From assembly GCA_045536845.1 (NCBI GenBank), contig JAZSOG010000025.1, forward strand, positions 56,889-120,888: DNA of 64,000 nt, in the 5' to 3' direction. Numbering within the stretch: position 1 is the first letter of the stretch; each line of letters starts with the position of its first letter. The notes beneath the pieces are model-generated. The model made no database searches. It saw nothing but the letters and a program-made list of their open reading frames with translations, and had not been told where the DNA came from. Shown piece by piece: positions 57,766 through 64,000 of this stretch. The position numbers were made by a program, and so were the translations under genes. This stretch comes from Kiritimatiellia bacterium. GTDB lineage: Bacteria; Verrucomicrobiota; Kiritimatiellia; RFP12; UBA1067.

Positions 57766-59343
57766 ATGGGAAAGAAATCAGACAAAGTTGAAACGCGGCG
57801 CAAGGCTGCGCCGAAGAGGGTCTCGGTTGAACCGCAAAAGCGGTGCGTTCTTGTCGGCACCTACAAGGGCAAGCAGCTTGAAGATTGGCGTGGTTGGTAC
57901 AACTACCCGATTGATGCGAGGAACGGGGAATCGGGAACGGGGAATGGCAGTCCTCTGCCCGCCGCTGCTGACTTCTCCCAGATCAATGAGCTTTGGCTTT
58001 TTAAGGGCACAAAGGATCAAAAGGTCTACAAGGCGGAGTTCGTCGGCGTCAAGACGCGTGAAGAGCTGATTTGCGACTACGGCTATCCCGCGAAGGGCAA
58101 GGCGCACGGCGGCAAGTATCTTCTCTTTAAGATCGAATTCAAGTATCGCCACAAACTCGACAATCCCCTCGACTGCGATAGGGTCATTGTCCGCACGAAG
58201 GATTTCGCGACTGCGCCCAAGGTGCGTAAGCAGCTTAAGGCGTATCTCGAATCGCCCGACCGCAAGAACCCCGACCTCGCGAAGCGCCTGCCGTCCATCA
58301 TCACCCGTCTCCGCCCCGAGCGGTTGCGGGTGTGTGAGTTGGTCAGCCAGATGACGCTCTGGGAATTGCCAAATGCTGACACTCTCAAGCCGCAAGTCCC
58401 ATTCCCGGCGCCAATAAATCCAAGGTTCACATTCATTGATCTGTTTGCGGGTATTGGCGGGATTCGTCTGGGGTATCAGGCGCTTGGCGGTAAGTGCGTG
58501 TTTTCGTCGGAGTGGGACAAAGATGCTGCCAAAACATATTTTGCAAATTTTGGCGAAGAGCCCTTTGGTGATATTCAGAAAATTGATCCATCAGACATTC
58601 CAGACTTCGACGTGTTGCTTGCGGGTTTTCCATGCCAACCTTTTTCAATCATTGGCGACAAAGAAGGATTCAAGCATGAGACACAGGGAACGCTTTTCTT
58701 CAACATCGAGAAGATACTTCTTGCGAAAAAGCCAAAAGCCTTCATGCTGGAAAATGTCCGTAACTTGACAGCACATGACAAAGGGCGAACATTCAGAATC
58801 ATTTTGTCGCACTTGCGTGAGGCTGGATATGATGTGCACTATAAAGTCCTGAACGCGTTAGACTATGGAGTCCCGCAGAAGCGCGAGAGGATTATCATCT
58901 GCGGATTTCGCAAGCCGGTTTCATTCGAGTTCCCTCCGCCGATTCCGAAAGAGCAGAGAAAAACCGTGGCTGATATCATTGATGCCGATGCTGAACAAGA
59001 TAAGTCCTTGCGAGTCCGTCCGCGAATTCGTGATAGCCGACTTGAGCGACTAAAAGACAAAGATTTCCCAAGGCCTTATATCTCACACGAGAACGTGGCT
59101 GGGTCGATTACGCCGCATGCCTACTCTTGTGCACTCAGGGCCGGGGCCTCTGCCAACTATATTCTCATCAATGATGAACGTCGTCCTTCGCCCCGTGAGA
59201 TGCTGCGCATTCAAGGTTTTCCGGACGAGTTTCGAATTGTTGTGAACTATGGACAGATCAAGCATCAAACGGGGAATAGCGTTGCCGTTCCGGTTATACG
59301 CGCTGTTGCTGAGCGTGTTGTGGAACAACTCCCAAACATCTAA
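57766..59343 (+). CDS. DNA (cytosine-5) methyltransferase with extra N-terminal region, copy 2
   Basis: Same motifs and near-identical target-recognition region as 1788..3323. Confidence 0.92.
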   Translation: MGKKSDKVETRRKAAPKRVSVEPQKRCVLVGTYKGKQLEDWRGWYNYPIDARNGESGTGNGSPLPAAADFSQINELWLFKGTKDQKVYKAEFVGVKTREELICDYGYPAKGKAHGGKYLLFKIEFKYRHKLDNPLDCDRVIVRTKDFATAPKVRKQLKAYLESPDRKNPDLAKRLPSIITRLRPERLRVCELVSQMTLWELPNADTLKPQVPFPAPINPRFTFIDLFAGIGGIRLGYQALGGKCVFSSEWDKDAAKTYFANFGEEPFGDIQKIDPSDIPDFDVLLAGFPCQPFSIIGDKEGFKHETQGTLFFNIEKILLAKKPKAFMLENVRNLTAHDKGRTFRIILSHLREAGYDVHYKVLNALDYGVPQKRERIIICGFRKPVSFEFPPPIPKEQRKTVADIIDADAEQDKSLRVRPRIRDSRLERLKDKDFPRPYISHENVAGSITPHAYSCALRAGASANYILINDERRPSPREMLRIQGFPDEFRIVVNYGQIKHQTGNSVAVPVIRAVAERVVEQLPNI

Positions 59344-59349
59344 CTTGGA

Positions 59350-60096
59350 ATGACCATGAATACAGAATTGCCAAAGTTGAAGTCAGTGGAGAAGTATCAA
59401 CCTCAGTATGCATTGGGAAAGTTCCCAAAGGGGTTTGCCCTCGCATTAGGACGTGAAATTGTCTACCTTCTCGCAACGCGTGATATTCCAAAGATCGAAG
59501 GCGAGGATTGGGAGGAGATCTTTGCCAGATGTATTGGCGCGGAGTGGCATCCCTCAAATGTCGGTTTGGATGATGTTCAGTTGAAGCAGATGGCCTGGAG
59601 CGCAAAGACCGTGAAAAACAAAAATCCGTTCACGGTTCGCAACATCAGGCTAATCAGTGGACGTAACTCGCCTGATTATTCCTTTGATATTGAGAACGTA
59701 CACACGGAAGAGCCTAATCGCCTTGGAGAAATGATTCTTGGTATTTGGAATGGAAGAATCACAGATGTTCGCAAAAAGTTTGCGACGACGCGAACGGTCG
59801 TCCTTATCAAGGGAGAAGGCCTTGAAACTGTCTCGGTATTTGAAGAGGAGGCAGGTCGGTTTATTCCTGAAGATTATTACTGGGAATGGAATGACAATGA
59901 GAATCTTGAAGGATACGAGAAGTCAACAGACAAGAAGAAGTTTACATGGCAGCCGCATGGTTCTCAGTTCACAATCTCAACAACAGTTCCAGAAGCACGA
60001 CTTAAACTGCGGATAAAAAAGCCGCCGATGCTGAATAAAGATGACTTCTTAAAAGCCATGAAGTTTGATCCATCCTGGATAGAAGTCGTGGAGTAG
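59350..60096 (+). CDS. Putative type II restriction endonuclease, copy 2
   Basis: Colinear paralog of 3336..4076. Confidence 0.7.
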   Translation: MTMNTELPKLKSVEKYQPQYALGKFPKGFALALGREIVYLLATRDIPKIEGEDWEEIFARCIGAEWHPSNVGLDDVQLKQMAWSAKTVKNKNPFTVRNIRLISGRNSPDYSFDIENVHTEEPNRLGEMILGIWNGRITDVRKKFATTRTVVLIKGEGLETVSVFEEEAGRFIPEDYYWEWNDNENLEGYEKSTDKKKFTWQPHGSQFTISTTVPEARLKLRIKKPPMLNKDDFLKAMKFDPSWIEVVE

Positions 60097-60100
60097 AGGT

Positions 60101-60529
60101 ATGGAAAATACATCATGGGACAACAACGGGTGCCTGTCGACTGTCGCGCAGGCTGCCGCGTTGTTTCGTGCGGCGATGCCGAAGGAGCAGAGGGAAGAGC
60201 GCGTGTTTGTGCTGCCGCTGGGCGGGAGTGGGCGCGTATTGGCAAGGCCGATTCTCGTATCTGTAGGGCACGAGGACGGAACGACGGCGATTGATGCGGG
60301 CGCGGTTTTTCGAGAGGCGCTGAAAGTGGGCGCGGAGGAGATAATTGTCGCGCACAATCATCCATCAGGCAATTTGACGCCGAGCAGAGAGGACATTGCC
60401 GCGACGCGTGAGTTGAAAGACCTGGCCGCCCGACTTGGTGTCGAGTTTCTCGACCACATCATCATCGGATTGCCCAACTTGGAAAATGTGTCGGACTTTG
60501 TGTCGCTTGCTGAAATTGAATGCGTTTAA
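60101..60529 (+). CDS. RadC-like JAB domain protein, copy 2
   Basis: HNHPSGNLTPSRED...DHII. Confidence 0.88.
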   Translation: MENTSWDNNGCLSTVAQAAALFRAAMPKEQREERVFVLPLGGSGRVLARPILVSVGHEDGTTAIDAGAVFREALKVGAEEIIVAHNHPSGNLTPSREDIAATRELKDLAARLGVEFLDHIIIGLPNLENVSDFVSLAEIECV

Positions 60530-60671
60530 CGGCAAGTGAGGCTGCGGCGATGTATTGTGTCGTCTATGTGAAAAACCAATACTACCGGGAAGGTGGCTGG
60601 CGGATATAAATGCATAGCTTGAATTTGCCGCGCTCGTATGGGCGCGGCGATTTTTTGGTATAATTGTCGGC

Positions 60672-61574
60672 ATGAAACGGATATTCATGTTCCTTGTCGT
60701 CAATATCGCGGCGGTCGCGATGTTGACTATTGTAGCGTCTATTGTCTGCGGGCTTTTGGGTGTTGACCTCGCCGCAGAGCTTGGAGAGGGCGGATATGCG
60801 CCGCTTTTGGTGTTCTCGTTCATCTTCGGCATGGCGGGCTCTGTAATCTCGCTTCTCATGTCGAAGACTCTCGTCAAGGCGACGATGAAGTGCCGCACGA
60901 TAGACGGCACCGAGGGCGAGGCGGAACGCTGGCTCGTCACTACCGTCGAAGATCTCGCACGCCGCGCGAACATCAAGACGCCCGAGGTCGCGATCTACCC
61001 GGGCGCGGCAAACGCTTTTGCCACCGGTGCGTTCAAGAATTCCGCGCTTGTCGCAGTCTCGACCGATATCATGGGACAGATGACGCGCGAGGAGCTTCGC
61101 GGCGTCCTTGGCCACGAAATCTCGCATGTTGCGAACGGCGACATGGTGACGATGGGCATCACCCAGGGAGTCGTGAACACGTTCGTCATCTTCTTCTCTC
61201 ACCTTGCCGCGCAGATAATCCAGGGTGCGCTCAACGGCAAGGAGAGCCGCAGGAGCAGGGGAGGATACGGGCTCTACCATGTGATCGTGATGGTCATGCA
61301 GCTCGCGCTCGGATTCCTGTCGTCGATCATCGTAATGTGGTACAGCCGCCGCCGCGAATTTGCCGCGGACGCCGGGTCTGCGCGTCTCATCGGCACGCCC
61401 GCGCCGATGATTGCCGCGCTTCGTCGCCTCGGGAACCTCCAGCCGGGCGTTCTCCCCGACTCGCTCAAGGCGTTTGGTATAAGCGGCAAGCACGCCTCGC
61501 TCTTTGCGTCGCACCCGTCGCTTGACGACCGCATCAATGCGCTGATGAACCTTCCGCCCGACACTGGCGTTTGA
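60672..61574 (+). CDS. htpX: Membrane zinc protease HtpX
   Basis: NAFATG, HEISH, NGDMVT, SRRREF.AD, SHP. Confidence 0.93.
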   Translation: MKRIFMFLVVNIAAVAMLTIVASIVCGLLGVDLAAELGEGGYAPLLVFSFIFGMAGSVISLLMSKTLVKATMKCRTIDGTEGEAERWLVTTVEDLARRANIKTPEVAIYPGAANAFATGAFKNSALVAVSTDIMGQMTREELRGVLGHEISHVANGDMVTMGITQGVVNTFVIFFSHLAAQIIQGALNGKESRRSRGGYGLYHVIVMVMQLALGFLSSIIVMWYSRRREFAADAGSARLIGTPAPMIAALRRLGNLQPGVLPDSLKAFGISGKHASLFASHPSLDDRINALMNLPPDTGV

Positions 61575-61597
61575 TAGTATTGAAGAAGGAGGCATGT

Positions 61598-62662
61598 ATG
61601 AAAAAGGTTGTAAGCTGCGCTGTGGTTGCGCTGGTTGCGGGGATTGCCCTTGCGGACGAGGTGTCGCCGCTTGAGGCGTCGATTGCGAAGGGCGCAAAGT
61701 TCCTGCTCGCGAACCAGCAGGCGGACGGCCATTTCTCCGATGCGCAGATGCCGGCCTTGACGGCGCTTCCCCTCTGGGCGCTCAGCGGCTGCGGCGATAC
61801 AAGCGAGACGGTCGTCGAGGCGAAGAAGAAGGCGGCGAAGTTCGTCCTTGGCACGCAGCGCGACGACGGCGGCTTCTATGTCCCGAAACCGGGCCGCGGC
61901 GGCTCGGGGCTCGGCAACTACAACACATCCGTGTGCCTCTCCGCGCTTTTTGACTCGAAGCTCGCGCCGACAGCGCCGCTTTTGAAGGCGCGCGAGTATG
62001 TCGCCTCGTCGCAGCTCACGGGCGACGACACGATGGCTGGCGGTTTTGGGTACGACAAGATTTCGCGTCGCCGCTACGCCGACCTCTCCAACACGTCGTA
62101 CGCGCTTTCTGCGATGGCAAAGACCGCATCGCTCGAGGAATTCCGCGAAGGCGGCAAGCGTGTCGACCTCGATTGGGACAAGGCGCTTGCGTTTGTCGAG
62201 AACCTGATGAAGAAGGAAGGGCCCGATGCGGGCGGCGCGGCGTACAACGACCGCACTCCGCAGGGAGGAACCGAGACGAACGCGCAGGGGAAGGTCGCGC
62301 TCAGGGCATACGGCGCGATGACATACGCGGCTGTTCTTTCGATGTGCTCTGCGAAACTCGACAAGGGCGATCCTCGCGTGAGGCAGTCGGTCGAGTGGAT
62401 GGAGAAGAACTGGTCGGTCGACGAGAATCCCGGCATGGGCAACCAGGGGCTCTACTACTTCTACGACATCATGACGCGCGCGCTCGACGCGGCGAAGATC
62501 GACAAGGTTGGCGATCACGATTGGAAGAAGGAGCTTTCGACGAAGATCATTGCTCTTCAGAGGGAGGACGGCAGCTGGGCAAACGAGAACAACCGCTTCT
62601 GGGAGTCGGATCCTGTGCTTTGCACGTCGTTCGCGCTTCTCGCGCTGGAGCTGTGTCGGTAG
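61598..62662 (+). CDS. Secreted prenyltransferase/squalene-cyclase-repeat protein
   Basis: Signal peptide; QW-like repeats QQADGHF, QRDDGGF, QREDGSW. Confidence 0.75.
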   Translation: MKKVVSCAVVALVAGIALADEVSPLEASIAKGAKFLLANQQADGHFSDAQMPALTALPLWALSGCGDTSETVVEAKKKAAKFVLGTQRDDGGFYVPKPGRGGSGLGNYNTSVCLSALFDSKLAPTAPLLKAREYVASSQLTGDDTMAGGFGYDKISRRRYADLSNTSYALSAMAKTASLEEFREGGKRVDLDWDKALAFVENLMKKEGPDAGGAAYNDRTPQGGTETNAQGKVALRAYGAMTYAAVLSMCSAKLDKGDPRVRQSVEWMEKNWSVDENPGMGNQGLYYFYDIMTRALDAAKIDKVGDHDWKKELSTKIIALQREDGSWANENNRFWESDPVLCTSFALLALELCR

Positions 62663-62695
62663 GGATTTTTAACGCAGAGACGCAGAGGCGCAGAG

Positions 62696-63055
62696 ATGCA
62701 CAAGTTGATTGACATCTTTCTGAAGGGCGGGCCGGTCATGTGGCCGATTCTGGGGCTTTCCATCCTCGGGCTCGCGATTCTTATCTGGAAGGCGTTTGAG
62801 TTCCGCGCGGGGCGGGTCAACGCAAAGGGGCTGACGATTGTCTCGACGATCATCACCGCGGAGCCGATGCTCGGCATCCTCGGTACAGTCATCGGCATCA
62901 TGCAGACGTTTGGCGCGCTGAATGGCACTGACGCCAATCCTCTCGCGGCGACTGCCGGCATCGGCGAGGCGCTTATCACGACCGCGGCGGGGCTTATCGC
63001 GTCGCTGATTCTCCTTTTCCCGTACAATGTACTTGATTCAAAGGTGGAGGAGTAG
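62696..63055 (+). CDS. exbB: MotA/TolQ/ExbB family protein
   Basis: GGPVMWP, PMLGILGTVIG, GIGEALITTAAGL. Confidence 0.85.
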   Translation: MHKLIDIFLKGGPVMWPILGLSILGLAILIWKAFEFRAGRVNAKGLTIVSTIITAEPMLGILGTVIGIMQTFGALNGTDANPLAATAGIGEALITTAAGLIASLILLFPYNVLDSKVEE

Positions 63056-63074
63056 TGGTCAGGAGTCAGTAGTC

Positions 63075-63140
63075 GTAACCGCCCCTTGCGGGGGTTCGCG
63101 ACCCATAGGGAAGCGAACACGCCGAGCGGAGCGAGTGCCG
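63075..63140 (+). mobile_element. Short (66 bp) multi-hairpin element in a heptamer tract
   Basis: Removal restores AGTAGTC|AGGGGTC. Confidence 0.8.
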
Positions 63141-63256
63141 AGGGGTCAGTACGCAGTAGTCAGGGGTCAGTAGTTAGGAGTTGGAGTTCAGAGTTGGAGT
63201 TGGAGAGTGGATGGGTAGATTTTAGTTAGGAGTCAGTAATTAGTAAAAAGGAGAGT

Positions 63257-63685
63257 ATGGGGAGGAAGAGAAGAAGAGGTGCGAGACTTGAAATGATGTC
63301 GCTAATGGACGTCATGTTTCTCGTGCTCGTCTTTTTCATCTACTGCATCTTCGACATGGCTGTCCACAAAGGCCTCAAGGTCGATCTCCCCGATGCCGCG
63401 GGCGCGGCGGAGAAGGGCGAGCGGATAGTCGTCACGATTCTTCCCGACGACACGATGCAGCTTAACGGAATGCCGATGGAGCGCGATGCGATAGTCTCGC
63501 GCGTGAGGGAGCTAAATGCCGTCAAGATGAATCTCCCTGTCCTTATCTCTGGCGACAGGAAGTCGTCGCTTGGCACGGGTATAGAGCTTCTTTCCGCGCT
63601 AAAGGCCGCAGGAGTGGAGAAGGCAACCTTTCAGGTTAAGGGGTCAGTAGTCAGGGGTCAGGAGTCGGGGGTTAGGGGTCAGTGA
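63257..63685 (+). CDS. exbD: ExbD/TolR family protein
   Basis: SLMDVMFLVLVFF, VDLP, ISGD; C-terminus is translated heptamer repeat (SVVRGQESGVRGQ). Confidence 0.88.
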   Translation: MGRKRRRGARLEMMSLMDVMFLVLVFFIYCIFDMAVHKGLKVDLPDAAGAAEKGERIVVTILPDDTMQLNGMPMERDAIVSRVRELNAVKMNLPVLISGDRKSSLGTGIELLSALKAAGVEKATFQVKGSVVRGQESGVRGQ

Positions 63686-63733
63686 GTTGGAGTTCAGAGT
63701 TGGAGTTGGAGAGTGGAGTAGTTAGGAGTTGGA

Positions 63734-64000
63734 GTGAGGTTTAGTGCGGCGATTATTGCTTCGGTGGCGGCTCATGGCTTGGTTGCCGTGGGAATCGTCG
63801 CCTATATGAAGTATGCGCCGGGCCCGACGGCTATTGCCACCCTCGACCTCTCGAGCGTCGATCTTTCCTTCGCTGAAGACGAAGACGAGACCGCGGCAGT
63901 TTCGCCGACAATGCCAGCGATGCCCGAGGTCGAGCCGCCGAAACCGCGCGAGGAAAATCCGCCGGAGGCCGAAAGGGCAGAAGACCCGCTGCCGCCAGAT
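63734..64000 (+). CDS. TonB-like protein (3'-truncated)
   Basis: GTG start, TM with SxxxH (SVAAH), Pro/Glu-rich linker; follows exbB-exbD. Confidence 0.7.
   Translation, partial: MRFSAAIIASVAAHGLVAVGIVAYMKYAPGPTAIATLDLSSVDLSFAEDEDETAAVSPTMPAMPEVEPPKPREENPPEAERAEDPLPPD

Overview
GC-rich bacterial chromosome segment; gene content and lineage-specific secreted proteins suggest a gut/rumen PVC organism such as Kiritimatiellia (inference). Core blocks are SPFH, djlA, CDF, hisF, GH5/GH127, ABC-F, a 4-subunit 2-oxoacid:ferredoxin oxidoreductase, ppdK, rmlC/rmlA, gatB, trmJ, htpX and exbB/exbD/tonB. Accessory blocks: (i) two diverged copies, about 55 kb apart, of a module made of a foldback hairpin, a promoter, an attenuator-like leader, a C5-MTase with an extra N-terminal domain, a restriction endonuclease and RadC; (ii) a putative polymorphic toxin/immunity locus; (iii) a ~15 kb defence-like island (DUF2075 helicase-nuclease, frameshifted GHKL ATPase, unknown protein, DUF6339-like protein, C5-MTase, AbiE toxin-antitoxin, exonuclease-RecQ-UvrD fusion). 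The intergenic DNA carries many small repeats. These include a 66/138-139 bp multi-hairpin element that inserts at C^AG without target duplication (filled and empty paralogous sites are both present), heptamer tracts starting at TAG stop codons, a duplicated candidate structured RNA, and a palindrome recurring at module boundaries. No CRISPR array, rRNA, tRNA, integrase or transposase was recognised. Family calls come from motif recognition by eye, not database searches.
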